A DNA stretch of 32,801 nucleotides from a virus (IMGVR_UViG_3300048630_000023:1-32801); one strand, 5' to 3'; shown: positions 10,334-19,150, numbered from the stretch's first letter. Notes: generated by a model from the sequence alone, not told the origin. Program-made: numbers and translations.

Positions 10334-10341
10334 TATAAATA
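10334..10341 (+). promoter_or_regulatory. Late promoter TATAAATA upstream of gp19
   Basis: Exact consensus immediately after the gp18 stop. Confidence 0.75.
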
Positions 10342-10376
10342 TAATAAGAATAATTTTAAAATAAGGAGAATAAAAA

Positions 10377-10949
10377 ATGTTTAATGTTAATACTTTTAAA
10401 ACAACGTTAATGGGTGGAGGAGCCAGACCTAATTTATTTAAGGTTCATGTTGGCGGTATTGGGTCTGATTTTGAGTTTATGTGTAAAGCTGCGAATATAC
10501 CGGCATCAACCATAGCGTCTGTTGATGTTAATTATATGGGTAGAATTTTAAAGGTGCCTGGTAATAGAACATATGAGGATTGGACGATAACGGTTATTAA
10601 TGATGAAGGTTGGAGAATTAGGAGTAAATTTGAGGAATGGATGGAGATGATTAATATGCCTGAAGCAAACCTAACTACATTTAATCCTCTTAATCTTAGT
10701 GGTTTATATCGTGATGGTTGGGTGGAACAGTTAGGAAAAAGTGGTAATTCTCTTGCATTATATGATTTTAAAAATTTGTTTCCTACAGAAATTGAAGCTA
10801 TTGATTTGAATTGGGGGACTAATGATGAAATTGAGGAATTTACTGTGACATTTGCGTATGATTTATGGACACGTGGTGATTCTAGTACTATATCACAAGT
10901 GGCTGGTGTTGTTGGACAAGTGGCCGGTGTTATTCAGGCAACTCAATAA
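10377..10949 (+). CDS. gp19: Tail tube protein gp19
   Basis: GGARPNLF.V, F.CKAANIP, GR.LK.PG.RTYEDWTITV.ND, FP.EI.AIDL.W, IEEFTVTF.Y. Confidence 0.95.
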   Translation: MFNVNTFKTTLMGGGARPNLFKVHVGGIGSDFEFMCKAANIPASTIASVDVNYMGRILKVPGNRTYEDWTITVINDEGWRIRSKFEEWMEMINMPEANLTTFNPLNLSGLYRDGWVEQLGKSGNSLALYDFKNLFPTEIEAIDLNWGTNDEIEEFTVTFAYDLWTRGDSSTISQVAGVVGQVAGVIQATQ

Positions 10950-10966
10950 ATTAAAGTGAGTATATT

Positions 10967-12454
10967 ATGAAATTATTTGGATTTACATTAGGTAAAGAAA
11001 AGAAAAAGAGTTTACCATCTTTCGTACCGAAAGATGGTAATGTTCTCGATGACTCCACTATGGTGTCTAGCACTAATTTTTCTGGTTCCTTTTATAATTT
11101 TGATGATAAATTTAAAAGTGATAATGAGCTAATAAATAAGTATCGTCAAATGTCAATGAGTGCTGAAGTCGAATTGGCAATAGATGATATAGTTTCGGAA
11201 TCAGTTATAACTGAAGATTCTGAAATTATTAAAATTTCAATATCAGATAAGATATCTAAACCGATAGCGGAAAAGATATCTAATGAATTTTCTATAATAT
11301 TACAGAAATTAGATTTTAATATGTCGTCATATGATATATTTCGTAATTGGTATATTGATGGGAAACTTTATTATCATATAATAATAGATTCAAATAAACG
11401 TAAGGAAGGTATACAAGAATTACGAAGAATTGATCCAAGAAAGATTAAAAAGATTAAAGAAGTTAAACGTAATGCAGAGGATATTATTGAATCAGTGAAA
11501 GAATATTATGTATATAATGAGAGTGGCGTTGATAGAGATATAGATATTAAAGGGATTCCGATAGAACTTGATTCTATAAGTTTTATATCGTCTGGTTTGA
11601 GAAATTCTACTAAGAATCATTCGGTTGGGCATTTACATAAGGCAATAAAACCTTTAAATCAATTAGTTATGCTTGAGAATTCTGCTGTTATATATAGATA
11701 TACAAGAGCACCAGAAAGACGAGTATTTTATATAGATGTTGGTAATTTACCTAAGATGAAAGCTGAACAATATCTTAGTGATGTTATGAATAAATACAAG
11801 AATAAAGTAGTATATGATGGTGTTACTGGTGAAGTTAAAGATGGTAAAAATCATATGTCTATGTTAGAGGATTATTGGTTTCCTAGACGAGAAGGTAATT
11901 CTGCACAAATTGAAACATTGCCTGGTGGTACTAATTTAGGTGAAATTGAAGATATAGTATATTTTCAAAAGAAATTATATAAATCATTAAATGTACCAGT
12001 ATCTAGGTTAGAATCAGATAATTCAATGGCGTTAGGTAGGGCTACTGAAATAACTAGAGATGAGATGAAATTTGATAGATTTATTAAAAGATTAAGGAAT
12101 AAATTTAATAATTTGTTTTATGATTTATTAAAGAAACAACTTATATTAAAGAATATAATAATATTGGAAGAATGGGATAATATTAAATATGAAATAAATT
12201 TTGTATATAATGAAGATTCATATTATGATGAAATACAAGATTCCGAATTATTGCGTGATCGTATTTCTATTATATCAGATATGGTAAATATAGGTGCTAT
12301 TGGTAAATATTATTCACATGATTGGGTTAGAAAGAATATATTAAAAATGACAATTGATGATATATCAGAGATTGATAAACAAATGAAAGACGAATTAAAA
12401 GATCCTAAGTTTAAAGATCAAGACGATGAAGGTTCTGGTAATAATTTTAGATAA
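10967..12454 (+). CDS. gp20: Portal vertex protein gp20
   Basis: MKLFGF, FRNWYIDG, LHKAIKP.NQL, RAPERRVFYIDVGNLPK.KAEQY, MLEDYW.PRREG, EITRDE.KF. Confidence 0.97.
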   Translation: MKLFGFTLGKEKKKSLPSFVPKDGNVLDDSTMVSSTNFSGSFYNFDDKFKSDNELINKYRQMSMSAEVELAIDDIVSESVITEDSEIIKISISDKISKPIAEKISNEFSIILQKLDFNMSSYDIFRNWYIDGKLYYHIIIDSNKRKEGIQELRRIDPRKIKKIKEVKRNAEDIIESVKEYYVYNESGVDRDIDIKGIPIELDSISFISSGLRNSTKNHSVGHLHKAIKPLNQLVMLENSAVIYRYTRAPERRVFYIDVGNLPKMKAEQYLSDVMNKYKNKVVYDGVTGEVKDGKNHMSMLEDYWFPRREGNSAQIETLPGGTNLGEIEDIVYFQKKLYKSLNVPVSRLESDNSMALGRATEITRDEMKFDRFIKRLRNKFNNLFYDLLKKQLILKNIIILEEWDNIKYEINFVYNEDSYYDEIQDSELLRDRISIISDMVNIGAIGKYYSHDWVRKNILKMTIDDISEIDKQMKDELKDPKFKDQDDEGSGNNFR

Positions 12455-12469
12455 ATTATAGGTAATTAT

Positions 12470-12727
12470 ATGGAAAATTTTATAGATTTTTTGATACTTG
12501 AAGGAATAACTAGAAAAAAAGTTATCAGAAAGGGGAAACGTGTTGTTAAAAAAATATCCACTAAAAGTGGATATAAAGTCATAAATGGCAAAGAAGTACG
12601 TATAGATAATAAAGAACGAATAATGATGAAGCTTAGAAATAAGAAATCGGCAAGAAAAAGTAAAGGGAAAAGATCCCAAAGCAACAGAAAACGTTCGATT
12701 TCAATGAATAAGAGAAAGGGATTTTAG
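12470..12727 (+). CDS. Small, very basic prohead core protein (gp68-like)
   Basis: Lies between portal and protease; K/R-rich with KVIR.GK and R.R..SM.KR-type segments as in gp68-like proteins. Confidence 0.65.
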   Translation: MENFIDFLILEGITRKKVIRKGKRVVKKISTKSGYKVINGKEVRIDNKERIMMKLRNKKSARKSKGKRSQSNRKRSISMNKRKGF

Positions 12728-12729
12728 AC

Positions 12730-13374
12730 ATGAAACTTATAACAGAAATTCATGAAGATTTAAGTTATATTGTAGAAGATGATAAATCTAAAAGTTTATA
12801 TATTGAAGGTATTTTTTTACAATCTGGTATAAAAAATCGCAATGGTAGATTATATCCGACAGAAATTTTAGAAAAAGAAGTTAAACGATATCGTGATAAT
12901 TATATAAACAAAGGTCGTGCATTTGGTGAACTTGGACACCCAAGTGGTCCATCTATTAATTTAGAAAGAGTTTCACATATAATTAAAAGCTTACGTCAAG
13001 ATGGTAATAATTTTATTGGAAAAGCTAAAATAATGTCGGAAACACCATATGGATCTATTGTAAAGAATTTAATAAATGAAGGTGCTAAACTAGGTGTTTC
13101 TTCTAGAGGTATGGGTACGGTTAATACAAGTAAAGGTGTTAATACTGTACAAGATGATTTCTATTTAGCAACTGCAGCTGATATAGTCGCTGATCCATCA
13201 GCACCTGATGCGTTTGTTAATGGAATAATGGAAGGAGTAGATTGGGTTTGGAATAATGGTGTTATACAAGAATGTAATATAAATGATTATCATAATATAA
13301 TTAAACGTGAAAAAATGACTAATTTAGAAAAAACTAAAATATTAATATTTGAAGATTTTTTAAATAAGTTATAA
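12730..13374 (+). CDS. gp21: Prohead protease gp21
   Basis: MKLITE, KNRNGRLYP, catalytic GELGHP and GVSSRG, ADIVADPSAPDAFV. Confidence 0.96.
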   Translation: MKLITEIHEDLSYIVEDDKSKSLYIEGIFLQSGIKNRNGRLYPTEILEKEVKRYRDNYINKGRAFGELGHPSGPSINLERVSHIIKSLRQDGNNFIGKAKIMSETPYGSIVKNLINEGAKLGVSSRGMGTVNTSKGVNTVQDDFYLATAADIVADPSAPDAFVNGIMEGVDWVWNNGVIQECNINDYHNIIKREKMTNLEKTKILIFEDFLNKL

Positions 13375-13386
13375 CATTACAAATAT

Positions 13387-13394
13387 TATAAATA
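13387..13394 (+). promoter_or_regulatory. Late promoter TATAAATA upstream of gp22
   Basis: Exact consensus in the intergenic gap. Confidence 0.8.
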
Positions 13395-13437
13395 ATATAT
13401 ATCTAAATAAATTAAAATAAAAAATTGGGAGATACTG

Positions 13438-14676
13438 ATGGGCAACGATACAACAATTAAAGATGACGAAACTTTGATAGAAGATAAGGTTTCTACGTCA
13501 TTGGCCAGTCTAGATATTCTTAATGATGCTAAACTTTTAAAGGTTGCATTGAAGTCTAAATCAGCTGGTGATTTGGAAAAGAATATGACTAAATTAAAAA
13601 AACAATTTGAAGATTATTCCAGTATTAACTGGGATAGTATTGATTGGAAATCTATATATAACGAATTACGTGAAGAAGTGGTAGATGATACTGATGTAAT
13701 TGATGAATCTGAAGATACTGAAGAAGTGGTAGAAGATACTGAAGAAGTATCTGAAAACGCAAATGTAGTTGGTGGTGGCATGAGTCCAACATCAAGTAAC
13801 ACTGTAGAAGATACAGAAGAAGTAGTAGAAGATACAGAAGAAGTAGTAGAAGATACTGAAGAAGTGGTAGAAGATACTGAAGAAATATTTAAATTAACAT
13901 CTAGTGATATTGATATTTCTGAAGATACCGATGCTATTTTATCTGGTCACGACTTTACAGATGAATATAAAGAAAAAGTTAAAAGTATATATGAATCGGC
14001 AGTATTAACTAAAATTAATGAACATTTAGAAATATTAGAAGAAAAATATAAAGAAAAATATGAAAAACAATTAAATGAATCAGTGGAATTAATTCATACT
14101 GAATTATTAGAAGATGTTGACAAATTTTTATCATATGCAGTTGATGAATGGATATCAGAAAATAAAATAGCTATAGAATCTGGTATTAAATCATCTATAT
14201 TAGAAAATTTTATATCTGGTCTTAAAAATGTTTTTGAGGAAAATTATATTGATATTCCCGAAAATAAATTAGATATTTATGAAGTTTCTAAAGAAAGTGA
14301 ACAAAAACTACAAGAAGATTTAAACTTTCAGATTAACAAGAATATTGAGTTAACAGAAAAATTAGTTAAAGTTCAACGTGATACTATTATCACAGAGTTA
14401 ACTGAAGGATTAACATTAACTCAAATGGAAAAAGTTAAGAAATTGAGTGAACATTTAGAATTCAATTCAGAAGAAGTTTTTAAAGGGAAAGTAAAGATTT
14501 TTGTTGAAAGTTATTTTTCGTCTGAATCAGAAGTGACAGAGAGTCGTATATTAGATGAAAATGCATCAGATACTGCTATTGAAGATTCTCCTATGGTGAA
14601 AGAAGAACTTGAAGTAACAGGGTCAAATGACTTAATGAGTTATTATGCAAGTACATTGTCAAGATGTAAAAAGTAA
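13438..14676 (+). CDS. gp22: Prohead core scaffold protein gp22
   Basis: Acidic coiled-coil protein with YKEKVKSIYESAV, VDKFLSYAVDEW..EN.IAIE.G, F..GLK.VFEENYIDIPE.K and C-terminal M..Y...L motifs; lies between gp21 and gp23. Confidence 0.92.
   Translation: MGNDTTIKDDETLIEDKVSTSLASLDILNDAKLLKVALKSKSAGDLEKNMTKLKKQFEDYSSINWDSIDWKSIYNELREEVVDDTDVIDESEDTEEVVEDTEEVSENANVVGGGMSPTSSNTVEDTEEVVEDTEEVVEDTEEVVEDTEEIFKLTSSDIDISEDTDAILSGHDFTDEYKEKVKSIYESAVLTKINEHLEILEEKYKEKYEKQLNESVELIHTELLEDVDKFLSYAVDEWISENKIAIESGIKSSILENFISGLKNVFEENYIDIPENKLDIYEVSKESEQKLQEDLNFQINKNIELTEKLVKVQRDTIITELTEGLTLTQMEKVKKLSEHLEFNSEEVFKGKVKIFVESYFSSESEVTESRILDENASDTAIEDSPMVKEELEVTGSNDLMSYYASTLSRCKK
13711..13884 (+). repeat. 21-bp tandem repeat (EDTEEVV) in two blocks
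   Basis: GAAGATAC(T/A)GAAGAAGT(G/A)GTA: about 1.9 copies at 13711-13749 and about 3.7 copies at 13807-13884, separated by a 57-nt non-repeat spacer. Confidence 0.95.
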
Positions 14677-14680
14677 TAAT

Positions 14681-14688
14681 TATAAATA
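14681..14688 (+). promoter_or_regulatory. Late promoter TATAAATA upstream of gp23
   Basis: Exact consensus in the AT-rich gp22-gp23 gap; AAGGAG SD downstream. Confidence 0.85.
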
Positions 14689-14746
14689 TATAAACATATT
14701 ATAATAATTTAATATAAAAAATAAAAATTAATTAAAGGAGAAAGAG

Positions 14747-16252
14747 ATGTACACTGAAATGCATTTATCAGAAGAATTACAAAAAAAATGGAAACCCGTT
14801 CTAGAGCATGAAAATATTGCACCAATTACAGATCCATACAAAAAAGCAGTATGTGCTATTTTACTTGAAAACCAAGAAAAAGCAGTTAAAGAAGAACGTT
14901 TGATTATGTCAGAAGCTAACGTAGTTGGTGCTGGTATGAGTCCAACAGTACCTGGTGGTGAAGGTCAATTCCAAGGAATGGATCCAGTACTTATCGCACT
15001 AGTTAGACGTACTATGCCTAATTTAATGGCATATGATGTTTTAGGTGTTCAACCAATGTCTGGTCCAACTGGATTAATCTTTGCAATGCGTTCACGTTAT
15101 GTGGATCGTGATAATAATACTCGACCAGAATCGTTTTATAACGAATCAGATACATCATTTTCTGGTATGGGTACACATGGTTCAACTAACCCATTTGCAG
15201 GAAACGTTGCACGTGCAATCGTAGCGGATGATATTGTGGTAAGTGGCGGTTCTCTCTCAGGTGGCGGTACAGCTTCAGCTAATGGTCAATATTATGGGTT
15301 AGGTTATTCTGTCGGTGATTTAGTATTAGATGATGACGTACATTCACATACATCTGGTAAAGGTGCTGGAGTAGATCATGCAGAACGATTAGGTGCCCGG
15401 AATGCTTCTGGTGGGTTTGTTGGTTCTAATGATTTAGGTCAGGGTGGTGATTTCAACGAGATGGCATTCTCAATTGAACGTGTTACTGTTACCGCAGAAA
15501 GTCGTGCATTGAAAGCAGAGTATACTACTGAATTGGCACAAGATCTAAAAGCTGTTCATGGTTTAGATGCTGAATCTGAATTATCTAATATTCTTTCAAC
15601 TGAAATTGTATCAGAAATAAATCGTGAGGTTATTCGTACTGTATATGGTGCTGCTAAATTGGGTGCTCAATCAGGTACAAAGACTAAAGGTATTTTTGAT
15701 TTAACTGAAGATGCTGATGGTCGTTGGTCTGTTGAGAAATTTAAAGGTTTGATGTTTCAATTAGAAAGAGAAATGAACACAATTGCTCGTTTAACACGTC
15801 GTGGTAAAGCTAACATATTAATATGTTCTTCTGATGTTGCGTCTGCATTATCAATGGCTGGTGTGTTAGATTTTAACCCAGCATTATCAAGTAACAACTC
15901 ATTAACTCCTGATGATACTGGTAATACATTTGTTGGAGTACTTAATGGTAGATTGAAAGTTTTCATTGACCCATATTTTGACTCAGGTGGTGCGTATGAA
16001 ATGGCATGTTTGGCATATAAAGGTACTTCACCTTATGACGCTGGTATTTTCTATTGTCCATATGTTCCATTACAAATGGTTCGTGCAGTTGGACATGAAA
16101 CTTTCCAACCTAAAATCGGGTTTAAAACTCGTTACGGATTGGCTTCAAATCCATTTGCACGTGGCGCTGACGCTGGTTCTGGTTTGACTGCTCGTTCAAA
16201 TGTATATTATCGTTTATTTAGAATTGACCACTTAATGACTGTTCAACCATAG
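14747..16252 (+). CDS. gp23: Major capsid protein gp23
   Basis: KW.PVLEH, LLENQE, DPVLI.LVRR.MPNL.AYD..GVQPM.GPTGLIFAMRS, EMAFSIE, SRALKAEY, ELAQDLKAVHGLDAE, FYCPYVPLQM, FQPKIGFKTRYG. Confidence 0.98.
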   Translation: MYTEMHLSEELQKKWKPVLEHENIAPITDPYKKAVCAILLENQEKAVKEERLIMSEANVVGAGMSPTVPGGEGQFQGMDPVLIALVRRTMPNLMAYDVLGVQPMSGPTGLIFAMRSRYVDRDNNTRPESFYNESDTSFSGMGTHGSTNPFAGNVARAIVADDIVVSGGSLSGGGTASANGQYYGLGYSVGDLVLDDDVHSHTSGKGAGVDHAERLGARNASGGFVGSNDLGQGGDFNEMAFSIERVTVTAESRALKAEYTTELAQDLKAVHGLDAESELSNILSTEIVSEINREVIRTVYGAAKLGAQSGTKTKGIFDLTEDADGRWSVEKFKGLMFQLEREMNTIARLTRRGKANILICSSDVASALSMAGVLDFNPALSSNNSLTPDDTGNTFVGVLNGRLKVFIDPYFDSGGAYEMACLAYKGTSPYDAGIFYCPYVPLQMVRAVGHETFQPKIGFKTRYGLASNPFARGADAGSGLTARSNVYYRLFRIDHLMTVQP

Positions 16253-16294
16253 TTAAGAAGTTAATATAATAATAATAAACATTAAGAAATTATT

Positions 16295-16322
16295 AAGGGT
16301 CACTTAGGTGACCCTTTTTTTT
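16295..16322 (+). terminator. Rho-independent terminator after gp23
   Basis: AAGGGTCAC-TTAG-GTGACCCTT perfect stem running into a T8 tract. Confidence 0.92.
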
Positions 16323-16339
16323 GTGTATAATATTTGTGT

Positions 16340-16347
16340 TATAAATA
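16340..16347 (+). promoter_or_regulatory. Late promoter TATAAATA upstream of gp3
   Basis: Exact consensus directly after the terminator, restarting transcription. Confidence 0.8.
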
Positions 16348-16375
16348 TTATATAACTCACTAACAATATATTATT

Positions 16376-16897
16376 ATGGAAATAAATTCAAATTATTTTA
16401 ACAACCAATCATTCAAATTTGAAGTAGACTTATGTCCTTCTTTGAGTGGGTTTATACAGACTATAGGTATTCCATCTATAAATCTAGGTGAAACTCCTAT
16501 AGATACTACATTCATACAAAGGAAAGAACCTGGAGATAGATTATCATATGGTACTATTAATATCTCCTTTATAGTCAATGAAGATTTACAAAACTGGTTT
16601 GAATTATATGAATGGTTCACTGGATTGGGGTTTCCAGATAATTTTCAACAATATTCAGGATTTAAAAGCAGACAGTTTTTAACAGAATCTATTGACCATA
16701 TAACAACAACTGCATTTTTATTGTTATATGATAATAACCAACAACCAGTAATGAAATTATCTTTTTATGATGTATTCCCTACCTCATTATCTGAAGTCAC
16801 ACTAACGACAACTGATACTATGACTAATAATGTTGCTTGTATTGTTGATTTTCAATTTACTAATTTAAAAGTGGAGAAAATAAATAATATAATATGA
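16376..16897 (+). CDS. gp3: Tail tube terminator / tail completion protein gp3
   Basis: F.Q...IP.INLG, PGD.L.Y..I.I.F.V.EDL.N..E.Y.W..GLGFP, F.D.FP.SLS; typical position after gp23 in marine T4-like phages. Confidence 0.88.
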   Translation: MEINSNYFNNQSFKFEVDLCPSLSGFIQTIGIPSINLGETPIDTTFIQRKEPGDRLSYGTINISFIVNEDLQNWFELYEWFTGLGFPDNFQQYSGFKSRQFLTESIDHITTTAFLLLYDNNQQPVMKLSFYDVFPTSLSEVTLTTTDTMTNNVACIVDFQFTNLKVEKINNII

Positions 16898-17340
16898 TTA
16901 CATTAGAAACATTAATAGAAGAATCTAAATCGGATTTAGAAATCGATATATTAACTATCGGTGATCAAAACGGTGAAATAGTTAATACACAATTAATGAT
17001 TGGAAAATGGTTAGAATATCAACAAATATATAAGTCTAAATTATTAACTATGTCTATAGAATATAAAAAGATAACAGGATTAAGAACTTTGTATTATTAT
17101 GGTAAATTGTCTGATAAAGAAATAAATAATTTAGGTTGGGAAATACATGGTAATAAAATATCCAAATCTGAATTAATGTCATGGATAGATTGTGATAAGT
17201 ATATAAGTGAATATAAATTAAAATATGAAATGACAAAACAGACATTATACCTAATAGATAAAACACTGGACTTGTTGGGTGACAAACGGTGGTCTGTTAA
17301 GAATTTAATTGATTTTAAACGATTCATGGAAGCTTCTTGA
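16894..17340 (+). CDS. uvsY: Recombination mediator UvsY
   Basis: Size, helical character, YY.GK, W.D.D and R.W.VKN.IDF.RF motifs; lies between gp3 and uvsW. Confidence 0.8.
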   Translation: MITLETLIEESKSDLEIDILTIGDQNGEIVNTQLMIGKWLEYQQIYKSKLLTMSIEYKKITGLRTLYYYGKLSDKEINNLGWEIHGNKISKSELMSWIDCDKYISEYKLKYEMTKQTLYLIDKTLDLLGDKRWSVKNLIDFKRFMEAS

Positions 17341-18836
17341 CAGACAATAATCATATTATAATTTATAAACTGGATGAATCTTATTTGCAAATCGATTCTC
17401 CTGAAATGCACATACTCAAAGAATTAGTTGATTATTTTACATTTAAAGTTCCTGGTGCAGAATTCATGCCCACATATAAAAAGAAAATATGGGATGGTAA
17501 TATAAGATTATTTAATCCTGTTGACAGAAAAATATACACAGGATTGAAAAATAAAGTAATAGAATTCTGCAACATCAACGGATACGATGTTGTTGATAGT
17601 GAATCCCCGAACCCCAACAACCATTTCAACAAAACAGACATGGGTCAATTATCTCGTTATATTTCCCCCAAATCTAAAGGTAAAGATATTGTATACCGAG
17701 ACTACCAGCTTGATGCCATAATGCACGCGATTAACAGCAGTCGTGCCGTGTTGTTGTCTCCTACTGCTTCTGGCAAATCGTTGATAATATACTCTATTAT
17801 CAGATTTTTCTTATTACACCCAGATTTAAACAATAAAAAAGTTCTTATAATTGTGCCCACCACATCATTAGTGTCTCAAATGTATGGTGACTTTAAAGAT
17901 TATGGATTCAACGTTGAAAAGTTATGTCATAAAATCTATCAAGGTCAGTCTAAAGACACCGATAAAAGTGTAATTATATCAACTTGGCAATCAATATATA
18001 AACTTAAACGAGAATATTATGATCAATTTGGTTTAGTTATTGGTGATGAATGTCATTCTTTTAAATCAAACTCTCTTATAAAAATAATGAATAATTTAGT
18101 TCATTGTAAATATAGATTTGGTACAACTGGCACATTAGATGGTACACACACACATAAATTAGTGTTGAATGGGTTGTTTGGTGATATAAAACAAATAACA
18201 ACAACAAAAAAGTTAATAGATTCTAATACATTATCTGATTTTAAAATACAATGCATAGTATTAAAATATAAAGAATCTCAATGTAAAGAAGTAAGAAAAC
18301 TTAAATATCATGAAGAACTGGATTGGATAATATCTAATAAACGAAGGAATATAATAATAAGTAACTTAGCACAATCATTAAATGGTAATACTTTAATATT
18401 GTATAATTATGTAGAAAAACACGGTATACCATTACATAAACTGATAAAACATAATATTAAAAATAAGTCTATATATTTTATTTCTGGCCAAGTATCAGCT
18501 GATATTAGAGAAGAAATAAGATTAAAGGTTGAAAATAATGCTACTGAATCTATAATCATAGCATCATATGGAACCTATTCTACAGGTATTAATATAAAAA
18601 ATCTACATAATATTATATTTGCATCTCCAACAAAGAGTCGTATTAGAAGTTTACAGTCAATTGGTCGTGCATTACGTAAAAGTGATAATAATAATATATC
18701 AATTTTATATGATATTGTTGATGATTTAAGATATAAGAAATATGTAAACTTTGTATGTAAACATTTTTATGAAAGATTAAATATATATAATGAAGAGAAA
18801 TTCAACTTTAAAATTAATAATATGAATATAGAATGA
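17337..18836 (+). CDS. uvsW: SF2 RNA-DNA/DNA helicase UvsW
   Basis: FTF.VPGA.FMP, WDG.IRLF, RDYQ, SPTASGKS, IVPTTSLV.QM, DECH, GTTGT, QSIGR.LR. TTG start overlaps the uvsY stop. Confidence 0.96.
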   Translation: MTDNNHIIIYKLDESYLQIDSPEMHILKELVDYFTFKVPGAEFMPTYKKKIWDGNIRLFNPVDRKIYTGLKNKVIEFCNINGYDVVDSESPNPNNHFNKTDMGQLSRYISPKSKGKDIVYRDYQLDAIMHAINSSRAVLLSPTASGKSLIIYSIIRFFLLHPDLNNKKVLIIVPTTSLVSQMYGDFKDYGFNVEKLCHKIYQGQSKDTDKSVIISTWQSIYKLKREYYDQFGLVIGDECHSFKSNSLIKIMNNLVHCKYRFGTTGTLDGTHTHKLVLNGLFGDIKQITTTKKLIDSNTLSDFKIQCIVLKYKESQCKEVRKLKYHEELDWIISNKRRNIIISNLAQSLNGNTLILYNYVEKHGIPLHKLIKHNIKNKSIYFISGQVSADIREEIRLKVENNATESIIIASYGTYSTGINIKNLHNIIFASPTKSRIRSLQSIGRALRKSDNNNISILYDIVDDLRYKKYVNFVCKHFYERLNIYNEEKFNFKINNMNIE

Positions 18837-19150
18837 CAATATATGTTGTTAAATTAATTACAAATGAATTTATCATAGGTGACTTAGAATATGATGAAGA
18901 CAATGGTGGCGTTAATATTACCAATATATTAAAATTATCATATAAAGAAAGCAATATATATATTATGGAAGACAATATATTTACAGATGATATCACATCA
19001 TTTTTATCATATGATAAAATAATGACAATTAATAATCCTTCAAATGAAGTAATGATGATATATAATAAATTCTCATCAGCTGCTTCAGAAGAAAGTATTG
19101 CAGATGAATTAATTGACTTAAAACCAATTGGAAAATACTATATTAATTAA
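18833..19150 (+). CDS. Conserved small hypothetical protein (possible Sm-like fold)
   Basis: ATGA overlap with uvsW. VVKLITNEFIIG N-terminus and P......Y C-terminal pattern resemble the small ORF found between uvsW and gp55 in marine T4-like phages. Confidence 0.6.
   Translation: MTIYVVKLITNEFIIGDLEYDEDNGGVNITNILKLSYKESNIYIMEDNIFTDDITSFLSYDKIMTINNPSNEVMMIYNKFSSAASEESIADELIDLKPIGKYYIN

Noticed and set aside
13711-13884. Repeat-spacer-repeat pattern as a mini-CRISPR
   Set aside because: Units are contiguous, in-frame, non-palindromic coding repeats with synonymous variation; there is only one spacer and no cas gene.
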